55,313 nt of DNA from Asterionella formosa. Its lineage: Eukaryota. Positions 42,386 to 55,313 of this stretch are shown piece by piece. The position numbers and the translations under genes are program-made. Positions within the stretch are counted from its first letter, which is position 1; each line of letters begins with the position of its first letter. The notes beneath the pieces are model-generated. The model did no database searches. It was given only the letters and a program-made list of their open reading frames with translations, and had not been told where the DNA came from. The stretch lies in contig NKIB01013594.1 in assembly GCA_002256025.1 (NCBI GenBank), forward strand, positions 1 to 55,313, written 5' to 3'.

Positions 42386-45300
42386 TGATTAGAAACCAAG
42401 ACCCATGACATGCAACATTTATTGACAAATGACTGGAGATACTTACTTATTGACAAGCGAATGAGATGCTCACTTATTGTAAAAGTAAGCAAGATCATTT
42501 TGACGGGATCAAGGAAAGCGAGTGTGAGAAGTCTTGTTCAGCATGACATGAGTAATCAGGCAAGAACAAGACTAGATAGACTATTAACAGAAAGCTCACA
42601 ATATTACAAAGGCACTGTAAAGTGAAAATACGTTTTCAGCTATAGATCTTAAAAGTAAGATTTGTGATATTTCAACTAGACAATTTAACATGTTTTAAAA
42701 CAAGCCTAGCTACAGGTCTAGAGACATGGTTACAGCCGATGAGAATTCAGGTGAGACAGTTTGCTTGATCATGTTTGATGGAAGCGAGACTGCTTGGCAT
42801 GAGTGGAGTATCACGACTCTTCAGCTTGCAAAATCTAAAGGTTTTAGGCTTGTGTCTGCTAAAGACACGAAGCCCATCGATGATGATGCCTATTTGGTGT
42901 ATACTGATGATGACGAGAAGAAGAAAGATGAGTTGAATGACAAAGCATATCAGTTATTGATTCTTAGTGTCAGTGGGATTGCATTTGGGATTGTGAATTC
43001 ATCCAAGACATATGATTTGATGGATGGAGACGCTTTTCTTGCTTGGCAGTATTTGGAGGATCTCTATGCTCCTCATCAAGTTACTGATTTGATTCAGCTA
43101 ACAGGCGAATTCAACGATTGTACTTTAGAGAGTACTAAAACAGACCCAGATGAATGGTTGATTGCTCTCTATAACATCAGGAGCAGAATACTTCAAATTG
43201 ATACATCATTCGAAAAGAAAGAGGTTAAAGTAATTGCGCACATGATGAACAAGTTACCTAAAGATTACAGTGAAGTCATTACTGCATTGAAGGAATGGGT
43301 ACTATTACTTTATCCCACAAACTTGAAATATGAACCAAAGGAAGTTCAAGGATGTAAATACCAACAAGATTCATTTGTCTTTAAATGGTAAGCAAATTCA
43401 AGGGACTATGCAAGAATTGTGCAAAACAAGGACACAAGGACACAAACAAGCAGCTGACTACCGATCCAAGAACAATACATGAGGCGCAAAGAAAGAAACG
43501 AAAGACAAAGGTGTGAAATCTTTCAATTGAAACAAGTATGCTGTTCACATTTCCAAGGATTTTCCTGAAGAAAAAAACGAAGGAAAAGAAAGAAACTGGA
43601 TTGTTTGTTGGTATTGTTGAAATGATCGAAATTCATGAAGGAAAGTCTAATACAGATGATGATTTTGACATAATTGACTTGACCACAAACAACAAGACGT
43701 TTTTTGACTATGAATATGTTTAAGACACCGAGGTTGTCACTACATGCAACGAAAAAGAATATGCATGTGTTGGAGTGACAATTGAAATTGTGGATGAAGA
43801 GATCAATCAAGCACACCATAAATGCATCCGAAACAGTGAGGGTAAAATTTGCGCATCAAGTGATGAAAATGAACGTTGGCTAGCAGATACAGGCGCTATC
43901 AGTCATATTACTATGTGCAATAAGCATATGACAAATGTGAAAGCAGTAAATTTACGCATTGTTTCAGGCGATGATAAAGAAGTAATTTGCAAGGAACGCG
44001 GAGATGTCTGCATGCGAAACAATCAAAATGACCGATAAGAAACTCTTGCTTGGTAAGAATGTCCTAGTATATACACCTGCCTTTCATAAAAATATTATCA
44101 GCATTGATACCTTTGTATGTGATGGTAAATACGAACTTGGTATGGAGCACAATAAAATGACTTTGACAAAAGCGGGAAAAACTGAGATGCTAGATTTCAA
44201 ACATGATCATTCAGATGTTTTGTACTATTTCCAAGGAACTCGTGAAATTTACCAAGAGGGGAGCGATATTTTATCTGCAGAGGTCATCACAACGAAATTG
44301 ACCTGTATGGACATTAATGAAGCTCACGCTAAATACAATGGACACATTGGGGAAGCAGCGTTGCGGGCTACTATGAAACCGCTTGGTATCAAAATGACAG
44401 GTATGATGTATACATGTGAAGGATGTGCACGAGCTAGTAAGGCTAAAGCAAAAAGTGTTCCTAAAGTGACTATGAGCAAGGCTACTCAACCGGGCGAACG
44501 TTTATGCACTGATATCAGCGGTCCATATAAAAAGTCGATTTCAGGAAACGACTATTGGGTCCTTGTTGTTGACGACTACACCAGAAAATCTTGGAGTTTC
44601 TTGGTTAAGAGGAAGTCACAACTTGCTTCAAAGATTGAAGATTTAATGACTAAACTCAAAACGGGTGAGTATCTTACCAAGTTTCTCCGTTGTGACATGC
44701 TTGCGGGTAAAAACATTTCAGGTTTGACAAAACTATGTGACAAATTCAATATTCCAATTGAGGTTACGGCACCCTACATGCCACAACAGAATGGAATTGT
44801 TGAGCGAAAGTTTGTATCCATTCATCAAAGAATGTTTTGCTCCAAAATTTAGTGACGAATTTCAAGGTTTACTTTGGGCAGAGGTCATCAATACCAACAC
44901 GCAAATCATGAACATTGTGGCCGCATCTAATGATATAAAAGGTGCAGATGAGAAGTTTTACAAAAAGGTTCCGATGATTTACGATCATCTAATGCATTTT
45001 GGAAGGATCGGATGGGCGAAAATTGGTGCTAAGAAGAAAAGAACTCGAAGAAAAGGCCATTAACTGTGTGATGGTTGGTTATTCTCACAATCATGCTGGA
45101 GACACTTACCGAATGTTTAACCCTCAGACAAAAAAGATTTTAAATAGTCGAAACATTCGCTGGGCTGATTGGCATACTGTTCAAACAAGTGCAATTGCAG
45201 GTTTGAGGGATTTCAATGTGGAAGAGTAGGGGACAAAGAAATAGTTGATATTACAATTGATGATGAAAAGCAGGACAAAGATGGTATTCCTGTTGTGCCA

Positions 45301-46240
45301 CCTATCCAGCAGGTTATTGACTTGGAAACAACTGTTTCAGTTGTGAAACAAACCAGATTTCAGTTATCCGAAGCATTGGGGAAGTTAGATGATGAGATCA
45401 ACAAAGATGCTTCAAAGGAAGCAAAATTGGAACAAGAATTGAAACGCCTTGACGGTTGGAAAGAAGGTACTGGCAAACTCAGTGCTCGGCGCAACTTACA
45501 ACTAGATGACAAGGACAAAGTATCAATTGAAGAGATAGATTATGTTGAAGCGGTCTATCAAGATGTTGATGAACTATTTCAAAGTGAAGAAGGACTAGAG
45601 AGGTTCTATGCATGTTCTACGACTCTTGCTTCCTATCCTGGGGATCCAAAGCATTACAAAGAGGTTATGAAAGGAGACGAGAGCAAGCAGTGGACCGCTT
45701 GCTATAAAATATGAAACCAACAACTTCTACAAGCAATATGTTTGGAAAATGATTCATGCTGAAAACCTCAATGGCAGAAAACAGTGACTAGGCACATGCT
45801 GGATATTCAAGAAGAAATGACAGCAGGATAAAAATTTTTGATACAAAGGAAGTATCGTACTAGTGAATGGCTATGTTCAGATCCCGGGACTGGATTTCAC
45901 TGATTTACTTGCTCCAGTTACAGCAGATGCTTCAATTTGCTCTCTCGTTATACAAATGGAAAGAGGCTGAACAAAAGCGATGGGTTTATGAAATCATTAA
46001 TGTTGAAGCTGCTTTTCTCGAAAGAGACATGGAAGAGCAAATCGGTATTAAATGGCCAGATGGGTTTTTAGAGTTTGGTTTCGAAACACAAGAAACAATG
46101 AAAAATAAATGCGTTAAGTTGGAGAAGGCTATGTATGGCTCTGTGTTAAAATCTGTCTGTTATCAGAAAATCAATGATTTCGTCTTCTCTGTTTCTAGGT
46201 TGAAAACAGAGCGACTGGCTGATGACGATGAACAATAAAC
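42386..46240 (+). mobile_element. Decayed, 3'-truncated Ty1/copia retrotransposon (putative 5' LTR ~42386-42690)
   Basis: Gag 42726-43391, CKNCAKQGH knuckle, protease WLADTGA, integrase TDISGP..VVDDYTR..PQQNGIVER, RT fragments (INVEAAFL, KLEKAMYG), in PR-INT-RT order. Confidence 0.92.
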
Positions 46241-46959
46241 CCATTACTTTCGCTGGTACAGCATCCTACGAGGAAACTTAAGTACACAAAAAAGCGAAAA
46301 TAATTCAAAACTATCATATTTGCATAAGAAAATTCCAAAAAGGTAACTATTTAATTTATGCATGTTAGATGATATATTAAAATTGTGCAATCATATGATA
46401 GGCAGCATAAGATGAAGGACATGACTAAGATGTTTTCTATTTGCAGATAATGTTCATTACTTCATTGATATTTTCCACAATTTGAGAAATATATCCCAAA
46501 ACACTATTTCTTTCATGCAATGTGTGCATATCATGCCCTCCCTGAGTTGACTTCTTGGAGCAAAGATGAAGATCTGAGGAGTCATGTTACAAAGAAAATC
46601 GGTTTCTGTACTTCTAACTAGCTTTGCTGGGGGCAAAGTGGCTGGCCGGGCCAATTTGTTTGTTACTCCAAGGCTATTAAAGGTGATTATGTGAATACAA
46701 AAGGGTTGGAAAATTTTCTTTTCACAGCCACCCACACAAATATGCAGAAATAAAATTCTTGCCCATTGATCTTAATAAATACTTTGACTGGTTACACAAC
46801 AATTTTGTAGAAGCAACCAAATGTAATTAGAAGAAACTAAGCTAGTACTATCACAGCGATCCGACTAGCACTGGTAAGCACCTTTCTCACCATGGAGGAC
46901 AATAAATATTTACAGTTGTACCATCAACTGCGTCAGTTTGAGCGACACTGCCATTACAA

Positions 46960-47371
46960 CGTATACAACACGCTATACTAAGCATATGAAGAACCACAGG
47001 AATTGACAAGAAACTCATGGAGATAGACCAAAATGACTGACATCCACCCAACAGCATCATTACATTGAGTAAGGCTTTTGACGATGTCCACGCATCCAAA
47101 TCTGATCCAGATAGATTGTTTCCGTTGCACCACACATACACAGTATACAACACAGCCACTACTACAAGCAGAGGAAAGAACCACAGGAACTGACAAGAAA
47201 TCATCATGGAGATAGACCAAAATGACTGACATCCACCCAACAGCATCATTAAATTGAGTAAGGCTTTTGATGATGTCCACACATCAAAATCCGATCCAGA
47301 CAGACTGTTTCCATCACACCGCACCACCCACACAGTATAAAGCACACTACGAGCAGATGAAAGAACCACAG
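46960..47371. repeat. Tandem repeat, ~2.2 copies of a ~185-bp unit
   Basis: aagaaccacag at 46989, 47176 and 47360, with shared catggagatagaccaaaatgactgacatccacccaacagcatcatt core. Confidence 0.88.
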
Positions 47372-48536
47372 ACCAATCAAAACAAAGGAACCAACAGAGA
47401 AATAGCACCAAGGAGTGGGACACAAAGAAAATCCTTTACCCAATCGCCACTTGCAATCCAATTCTCTGGCCGACATTAATAGTTCAGTCTATGAGAACCA
47501 ATTCAAGAACAACTCTACCACAGCTTTTTTGAACCCTACTTCTGAACAAGGAAGTGACTTCCTATCACACTTATAGCTAGCATCAAATGATCAGACATAT
47601 AAATATACAAGTATCATAAACTGAAAAATCCTATGCCGCATACTGTATGATTTCCTTGATAGATTCAATATAAATGACACTTTTTGCGGAATTTTTGTTA
47701 CATGATAAAGTCTTCTATGAGGATGTCTGATGCAATATCCAAATTCAGGAAATACAAGAGAGGTAGGCCTAACTTCATCACAAGGCCATATTTTCCCCCG
47801 TTCCCATCAGTGGTGCTATGATTCATTTTATTATTATCTCATTCCCTAGTCAGGGGGCAGTTAGCCTATTCACGAAACTCATTTCTGGGATTTTTAAAGA
47901 TATTTTTCATGCATTCACTATGAATGTGACGCAATCAGGAGCGACAAACCGAGACATCGCGCTTTTTTTGGCTGATTAGTGGTGATTTATGACTCGACCG
48001 GCCACCTTTCTACGCAGCGCCGGTTGCCACCCAAAGAAAGAGGAAAAATTAGTATGGTGAATGCATTGACAGCATCATGATGATGGCAGATCATCAGCGA
48101 TGGATATTTTTGTGTAGTGTGAAAATATTCTACAGAAATGGCAATACAAGGAGGCTCACTCGTTTTGACTTAGCAGTCGATGCATATGTCTCCACATCCT
48201 TTAGACTCATCAAGCTCATCGTTACGAGCAGTAAAGTTAATCGCTGTTGTATTGGGAGTGAGGAAGGTAGCCTAAGAAGTAGGAGAAACTTCATCTACCC
48301 AAAAACTTATTACTTTTGTCTGCCATCATGATAGATACAGTTATAATAACAGTTGTGTTGCTCTCAACATCATACTACTAAGTTTGCAAGGAAAGCAATC
48401 AGTAAAACTGCCTGGTATCAATCTACAAGAAGTATGTGCTTCAACCTCTGATATAGATAAAGATTAGCTATAATCTTATCGGGTAACCCCTTGCACGTTT
48501 GTGCTGCTAGAAATCTTAGCATCGACATGATATCAA

Positions 48537-50400
48537 TCATGGATGGCACTCATTTTTGGCTTTGAACGAATAACTAATCACTACCATGAGCTGTTTCTGC
48601 CATTTCTCTTCTCTATATAACCACTGCACCTGTTTTCGATTAATGCTAGCTACCCACTGAGGATTTTTACATCTAGTGCCATTGTTTATTCTTTCCGAAA
48701 AATTCCAAGACACAGCAACTATCACAAAGTTGGGTCCTTTTATTCCAATTGAATGAATGTTCTTGGAACAACCATGTCATTTTTCCAATGATTGAATGAC
48801 CAGGTGAATCAATGTCAGCTATAATCATGATTTGAGTGCTTCCATGTTTTGTCTGGAAATTTGGCATGAAATTGCTCAATGCATCTTTCCACCCTTTTCC
48901 ACTGCAAGCTTGTGCCATGATATCTTCTACTTTTTCCTCCTGGGATTATCTCCTGTCATTATTGATTTACTCTTTTTCCAATGCATATTGCAATTGGGTT
49001 TCTGCGGCACTTTCACAAAATCATCCTCAAGGTACTCATCCATAATTCGAACAAAAAGTACAAATCAGCCGTGTCTGCAATTTTATTTTCTTCTCTTCAT
49101 GCAATCTTGGGCAGGGCTTTGTGATTAGTATCAAATACGGTGGCGATCTGGACATAGCAAAATCAATGCGCCTGAATGAAATCGCCCATCCAACCACATC
49201 AAGGTTCTTTACGAAAAAAATGGATTTTGATCTTCAGTAGTTTAATCAGTTCCTTGATCCGCACTATCAATACTAGTGCATTGACTACAGGCAAGGAGCG
49301 AGTGACGAAGGCAGGCAGGTCAACAATTGAAAAGGGCAATGATCAAAAAGTTGATTTTGAATGGATTACATAAGCAAACTAGTTTAAAGATCGAAGTCTT
49401 AACAGTAGTTGAATACATCAACTTTCAGATTGGAATACATCACCCTAATTGTTTGAACAAAGTAACCTGTATGAGATACGGTACATCACCATATTTATTG
49501 ATCATTTCTTCCTCATTTTTTAAGTTCCTTCAACTAATTTTTCGTACAAATTTCGAATTTGGTTCCACTCATTTTTCGAACTTCCTTCATCTAAGCAATT
49601 TTCGAACTTCTTTTAACCAATTTTCTAAATTTCATTGAACCAATTTAAAAGCTTTGTTTAACACATTAAAGGATTCTATCAAGTAAAATAGTTGCCATTC
49701 CAATGAACACCGAAACGAAACTCACAATGCAATAAAAAGTCGTTCATTAAGAACAGACAAGTGATCACTCTGAACAGACATATTGTTACAATAATCCAAA
49801 AAGGAAGGCACCATTCTTTGTTTCCTTTGTCACCATAGATCATGGATCGGCTTGAAGAATAGCATTATCGCATCATCTACTATTTGCATAGCATCAGTGG
49901 TGTGTCAATAATTACTTTTGAAATACAACAGTCAAATGCAGTACACTCACGATTCAACTGTTTTGCGAAGCCCTGTTCTTGGCAGCAACACAGCAGTGTC
50001 CTTGTACCGCAACAAAAAAGTACAATCTTGGCTGAAAAATCTGGTGCTTTCTTGCAAATAGGTTTCTTCGAAAAAATTCTGAGCCTACAAATAAGTTGGA
50101 AAAATAAGAAAAGAAGGAAATGGCACAGCCTGTGCATTTTGATAATGATATCAGCTGCAATTTGGATTGAAAAATTCAAATTAAAAGACTGATTGAAGTG
50201 TGCGTTTATTCTACATCATAGAAATTTGTTTCATCCTGCTTTCTTCACCAATTTCTATGTGATTCATGCATACCTTGGCATCGGAGGCAACATTTAGACA
50301 TTTGCATGTACTTGAATAGGATTGCTTTGCGCTTGCCACAATGAAATATGAAATAGGAAGATTACCTGAAGAGTACCTTTCTGGTACTGCAGTAGGGCAG
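48537..50400 (-). pseudogene. Heavily decayed ORF, possibly a transposase
   Basis: Co-directional Cys-rich ORF fragments; DSPGHS and HWKN/HGCS motifs near 48760-48815; boundaries approximate. Confidence 0.3.
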
Positions 50401-50856
50401 GTGAAAGCTTGTTTTCAACCATCTTTAATTTCGTGTTTCAAGCGCCGAAAATTTGCTTCAGATTGAATTTGTTTGAGTCGACTTCATTGACCCATCACAA
50501 ATGCATGTGAATGCAATATCAAAAGATGAAATGCAAAATTATTACTACGTGATATCTTATTCTACTGTAGGTAGGTAGGACAGACGGTTCAGGTCTAAAC
50601 CACACTATCGGTAGAATTACCTAAACCCTTGTTTTTACCACCAGTAAATTTTCCTCATCAATTTTCTTTCGGGAACTTCAAAACCTGGCTTGAGTACCGA
50701 TAATACATACTAAAGGTGCTATACTGGAATATCGCTTCTAATATATCTTGCCTTCATCGTTTGCTTTTTTCGACATTAGTTGAATTGAGTTGCCCCTTGA
50801 ACGATCTTCTCACCTCTCGTAAACCATAACACAAGTACAAAGGAAAATTCGACAAT

Positions 50857-52629
50857 ATGGCGGAACAAGTCCAAGCAACTCTCGATACCATGGTAGCCCC
50901 ATTAAGGGACCTTATGGATCGAGGCATCTTTTCGGACGAAGAAATCAAGGCCATTGTGTCGCGTCGAAGAGCAAGCGAATATCTACTGCGAAGACGAGCA
51001 GCTCGCAAGGCTGATTTTATAAGGTATATCGAAGATGAAATCAAATTAGAAGAGCTGAGATCTCTTCGGACTCGCAGACTATTTGGGTCCAATGAGACCC
51101 CGAAATCGCAATTACCCATTGGCGATGTTCACATAGTACAAAACATTCATCTCCTCTTCGTCCGAGCCCTTCGCAAGTTTCGGGGGGACATTAATCTGCA
51201 CTTACAACATGCGGAATTTAGCAAGGCATTTCATTCATATGGACGCCTCTCGCTTATTTATACCGAAGCTCTGCAGGTGCATCCTAGACATGTGCCACTC
51301 TGGATCGAAGCTGCCTCATATGAATTCTTTGGACATGAGCACAATGGCAAAATGCTCGGTGGTGGATCAATTCAAACAGCTCGGGTATTGCTCCAACGTG
51401 GATTGCGCATCAACCCGACATCGTGCGACTTGTGGTTACAATACTTTTCTTTAGAAATGCATCATGTGCAAAAGCTAAAAGGCCGAAGAGAAATATTGCA
51501 AATCACTGCGGGGGGTGATGAACCAGCACCACTATCACTTATTCCTAAAGTCGTGTATCAAAATGCAATCAAAGCTATTTCAAAGGATGTTTCCTTTCGA
51601 TGTAAGTTTTTGGACCTTTGTCGATTGTTTCCTCAAACTCAATTGTTGCAAAATGACATTACAGCTTCGATGGAGCGGGATTTTAGTCACATTCCTGAAG
51701 CTTGGATAGCACGAGCTGCACATTTATCTGAAACAAAAGAAGAAATCAAAGAGGAACGTCTCGCGAAGCGTCCCAAACGTATTGGATATACTGATCCAGT
51801 CTTGACTCTTCTTCAACATGGAATGAAGGAGATTCCTACAGCAGACATGGCATTGAAGTGCCTTATTTTTGCGAAAGCGTACGGGGGAAAGCTGAACGAT
51901 AAGACTCAGGTACAAATGTTTGTCGTCGATTTGTTTGAAAAGTGTCATAAGGAAGGAATTCAATCTTCCGACTTGGTTTTGGAGCAATCGGGCTACCTTA
52001 CAAGTCATGGCGAGGCAGATGCATCAAGGAAGACCGTGCGTCAATTTTGCGAAACCACCAAGGATGCTAGTTTAGCTGTTTGGATTCGGTGGGCACAGCT
52101 TGAGGAAGAACCTGAGACTATCCTAGAACGAGCCTTGGAACAAGCTTGTATCGATAGTAATGATTACATTGTTCTCTTGTTGGAACTCTTTGGCGTGCTC
52201 TTGCACAACAAAGCTGATGAGAATCGAGTGAAGGATGTGTTTGAAAGGATTTTACTCTTGACACCAGGAAGAGCTATTGACGTGCACGCTGTCTTTGGAG
52301 TGGAATCCGTCGCAAGTGCTTGCCTCCAATATCTTAGATATGCCAACACAAATGGTGGACTTGACAAGGCACGCGAGGTTATGGATCATATGTTGTCACG
52401 ATCCAACTACTTAGCCACTACAGTTGGCAAGACTGAGACTGACATGAACCTACTGTTGAATTTTTTCGAAGAGTGTATTGATCTTGAAAAGGCAAACTGT
52501 AGTACGAAAACCAAGAATCAGCTTCGACGTCTGTATGATGCTGCAATTCACCTCTTTCAGGAGCCTTTACCGAGTATAGCAAAGGCCTTCCGGAGGAAAC
52601 TCGACAATGACGTTCGTTTTGCATTGTAA
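50857..52629 (+). CDS. UTP6: U3 snoRNA-associated protein 6 (HAT repeats)
   Basis: MAEQVQ..LRDLMDRGIFSDEEIKAIVSRR..EYLLRRR..KADFIRYIEDE; ARVLLQRGLRINP..LWLQYFSLE. Confidence 0.92.
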   Translation: MAEQVQATLDTMVAPLRDLMDRGIFSDEEIKAIVSRRRASEYLLRRRAARKADFIRYIEDEIKLEELRSLRTRRLFGSNETPKSQLPIGDVHIVQNIHLLFVRALRKFRGDINLHLQHAEFSKAFHSYGRLSLIYTEALQVHPRHVPLWIEAASYEFFGHEHNGKMLGGGSIQTARVLLQRGLRINPTSCDLWLQYFSLEMHHVQKLKGRREILQITAGGDEPAPLSLIPKVVYQNAIKAISKDVSFRCKFLDLCRLFPQTQLLQNDITASMERDFSHIPEAWIARAAHLSETKEEIKEERLAKRPKRIGYTDPVLTLLQHGMKEIPTADMALKCLIFAKAYGGKLNDKTQVQMFVVDLFEKCHKEGIQSSDLVLEQSGYLTSHGEADASRKTVRQFCETTKDASLAVWIRWAQLEEEPETILERALEQACIDSNDYIVLLLELFGVLLHNKADENRVKDVFERILLLTPGRAIDVHAVFGVESVASACLQYLRYANTNGGLDKAREVMDHMLSRSNYLATTVGKTETDMNLLLNFFEECIDLEKANCSTKTKNQLRRLYDAAIHLFQEPLPSIAKAFRRKLDNDVRFAL

Positions 52630-53169
52630 AAAAATACAGCATTATCCAGACCGATGACTTTCTCCAATAATGCAAAGGGCCGAAGTAGAGGTAAAAGTGG
52701 AAACTAGTGAATTTAGGGTAGGTGTCACCCCGAATCGTCGCATGGAATGCAATAGCAATGGTCTCACTGATTTGTGTCCTTGGTATCTCCTACGTAGTTC
52801 CTCAGTATAGATTTTGATCCAACACATTGGGAATAAATTCCGCTAGGAAATTCTAATTGACAGCTTTCGTATATATATTTTAGACATTGTGGGAGTCAGT
52901 TCAAAGCATTGAAGCAAAATTCCCTAGTTCAACCTCAGTCATCAGCAACTTTGTGATTGTGGTCAAACATGCATGGGATTGGTGTAGTGTTTGTTCTCAT
53001 TCTCGAATACATTCGTCTGTGTGACTAATTATCAGCTTTTACTTCAAAGTCTGCTCATCTGCACCTATGTCCTCATTTGCTTTTTCTTTACATATGAACA
53101 ATAGGAAATTTCGAATGTAAATCTGTTTTTCTATATTTATGCTCATACAATTATTTCCCTTTCCTTTGG

Positions 53170-54765
53170 TTACTGTGAAATTTCGAACGAGGGACACCAT
53201 CCCTCTGGCAAGTGTTGCAACAGTTCATCTCGAATCTCTTGATTTTGGAGGGGCGATGTGTCATATGGATCTTCTTTTGTGTTGTACAAAAGTTCTTGCC
53301 AGATTTGGCCTATTTCGATGTTAGGAACATTCTTTGGCTTCCCCGGACAATTCCCCTGGCAGCAAATGAGCTTGTATGATGATCCATGGGACTCCTTCAC
53401 CACAAGTCTCCAATTATGAACCCCTGAACTAACAAATAAGCGTGGAGTTGATGCAGTACTGTCAAGTAGCACAGGAAGGAGGGATTCGACAGTCATCAGG
53501 TCAGCTTTGTCCACAGAAGCTAGGTCAAGAAAGGTTCCAGGCAAATCGAGTGTGGATACCGGTCCTTCGTGAATAGTACCCGTCGCAATATTTGGACCAA
53601 AGCAAACCAAAGGAACACTGATGCTTGATTGCCATGGCATTTCTTTTCCATGGTTACCGTGATCTCCAAGTAGTTCACCATGGTCGCTAGTTATGCAGAC
53701 GACTGTGTCTTCTATTTCACCCCTTGCAATAACTGAATCGACAACGTTTCTAATAAGAGTGTCTAAATTCTCCAGCTGAGCAGCATAGTTACATCTTTCT
53801 CCAGATGCTGGCTCAAAATCGTCATTTTCAGACTGTGGACACCCCCCCATAAATTCTTCTTCACCTGCTACAGGCAAGGGCCAAACCCGATCACGAACCG
53901 ACTTGGCCATCATGGCCGTTGATATGATGGGTGGATGAGGACCAGGAAAGTTGACCTGTAGATACCACGATTTTCCTGTCGGAGCTCGGTCAAGTAGGGC
54001 GATAGCCTCGTTCTTAACAAAATCATCTGGGTAAATTTCTGATGTGAATGACGTAGCATCACAGTCGGTTCCTTGTCCCGTGGGTCCTTGTTGACAGGCT
54101 TTAAAAGCCTCAATACCAGACACTGTTTTATTTCCAATCTCCAGAGGCATTCTGCTTGATAAAAGATGCATTCGGTACGGCTCTCCGCAACTTTTCTTCT
54201 CTTGGATGACACGAACCTTTCCAGCTGATCGCGAGGCATCACTGAATCCCAAATCCATGAATTCCTTGTAGACTGCGTTTGGATCGAACGGGAAGTTGAT
54301 GTCCCCATGAAACAAATCGTCTTTGCCACACGACATGACGTGATAGTTTCCGTGATCTCGCAATAATCGATAAAACGTCACGGTATCAATGGGCATTGAA
54401 TCGGCGTGATTTCCATTAACACCAGAGTGATCGTACTCTTTTCCAGACGCTAAACAAGCTCGCCCTGGTGCACAGAGTGGGGATGGCACATATGCTTGAG
54501 TAAAGCGGACTCCTCGATCGGCGCATGACTGGAGGAAGGGCATTTCAAGTGGCAAAGGGCCATTTGGAGTGTTGGGATGGAGACCGTCCCAATCATACCT
54601 CCATTGATCCAGCACTAGCAAGAGTATATTTGGTTTCTTTTCTGATACGAGCTGCCGTTTTTCTTCGTGATTTGTCTTTGAAAAGCTGTGATAGAGTACT
54701 ATTACTGTGGTAGCAAAGACTAGGGCTCGAACGCGGATGATGGTCATGGTAAATTTTGCCGCCAT
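53170..54765 (-). CDS. Formylglycine-dependent (type I) sulfatase with N-terminal membrane anchor
   Basis: KPNILLLVLDQWR, CAPGR active-site motif, GPHPP, TSDHGELLGDHG, ELLYNTKEDP. Confidence 0.92.
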   Translation of the reverse strand: MAAKFTMTIIRVRALVFATTVIVLYHSFSKTNHEEKRQLVSEKKPNILLLVLDQWRYDWDGLHPNTPNGPLPLEMPFLQSCADRGVRFTQAYVPSPLCAPGRACLASGKEYDHSGVNGNHADSMPIDTVTFYRLLRDHGNYHVMSCGKDDLFHGDINFPFDPNAVYKEFMDLGFSDASRSAGKVRVIQEKKSCGEPYRMHLLSSRMPLEIGNKTVSGIEAFKACQQGPTGQGTDCDATSFTSEIYPDDFVKNEAIALLDRAPTGKSWYLQVNFPGPHPPIISTAMMAKSVRDRVWPLPVAGEEEFMGGCPQSENDDFEPASGERCNYAAQLENLDTLIRNVVDSVIARGEIEDTVVCITSDHGELLGDHGNHGKEMPWQSSISVPLVCFGPNIATGTIHEGPVSTLDLPGTFLDLASVDKADLMTVESLLPVLLDSTASTPRLFVSSGVHNWRLVVKESHGSSYKLICCQGNCPGKPKNVPNIEIGQIWQELLYNTKEDPYDTSPLQNQEIRDELLQHLPEGWCPSFEISQ

Positions 54766-55313
54766 GGTGCTGAAATGCTATCTAAAGATCAATCGACCTG
54801 TGAGTGCCCTGCTGTATGTAATCGCAGGTCCAACAAGTTGTGACTTGAGGCCATTCGATCCCTATTTTCTACTGGGTTACTACCGGGTATGTATCTACGT
54901 AGATGGTACCGGTACCAGGTACAATCACGTTGTCCCTGTCATCAGTTCAGTTCTATGCACCAGACAAAATCCACGAAGTTACCGACTCATCCGACTGCAT
55001 TTTCTTCAAATGTTCCTTTGTTCCTTTTCTGATTCTTTTTTGAGGTTGATTTGTTGCGCCAACTAATCTAGACTCATAGTTGGTTTTTTGAATTTGGTTC
55101 TAAGTACCGGTAGCTTGGGTAGTTCCTTTCCTCCGGGTTTTCCATAGCTACAGTGAGTTTTGCACATTGTTGAAATTGCGTCCCGAAGCACTCTATGCTT
55201 TCTTGTATCCTGTAAGGACACGTCAGGGACCAAATAGGCTGTAGATATAACAACGATGTCTCCGTGATCGATTGTAATCGTTCCTAAGAGTTTTAATAGA
55301 ATTATGGGTTTTT

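Noticed and set aside
46887..47423. 178-aa hydrophobic ORF with internal duplication
   Set aside because: Follows the tandem repeat; no family similarity recognised

Overview
Eukaryotic nuclear DNA, most likely a diatom. This is an inference from the GT-AG introns, a plastid-type bipartite signal, an HA-domain family protein and Copia remnants. Compact blocks of mostly intronless genes (INTS2, tandem dCTP pyrophosphatase, ARM-repeat protein, FKBP, RPB7, Nischarin-like LRR protein, ankyrin-J protein, HA-repeat protein, BPI/TULIP-PqiA fusion, UTP6, sulfatase) alternate with three repeat-rich islands (~5.3-16 kb, ~32.3-36.2 kb, ~40.5-50.5 kb). The islands contain a TA-flanked MITE, long and short TTAA-flanked Kolobok-type elements (the long one with an intact KolX/P2X7-ballast-like ORF), a small LTR element with TA...TA termini, and decayed piggyBac and Copia elements. 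The most striking unexplained feature is a ~205-280 nt minus-strand rod-like RNA at 61-341. It carries six tandem G.A motifs (mostly CGAG/CGAG) at ~16-nt spacing and lies between two candidate 3' splice sites of an unannotated gene head-to-head with INTS2. All calls come from reading the sequence by eye; no searches or folding programs were run.
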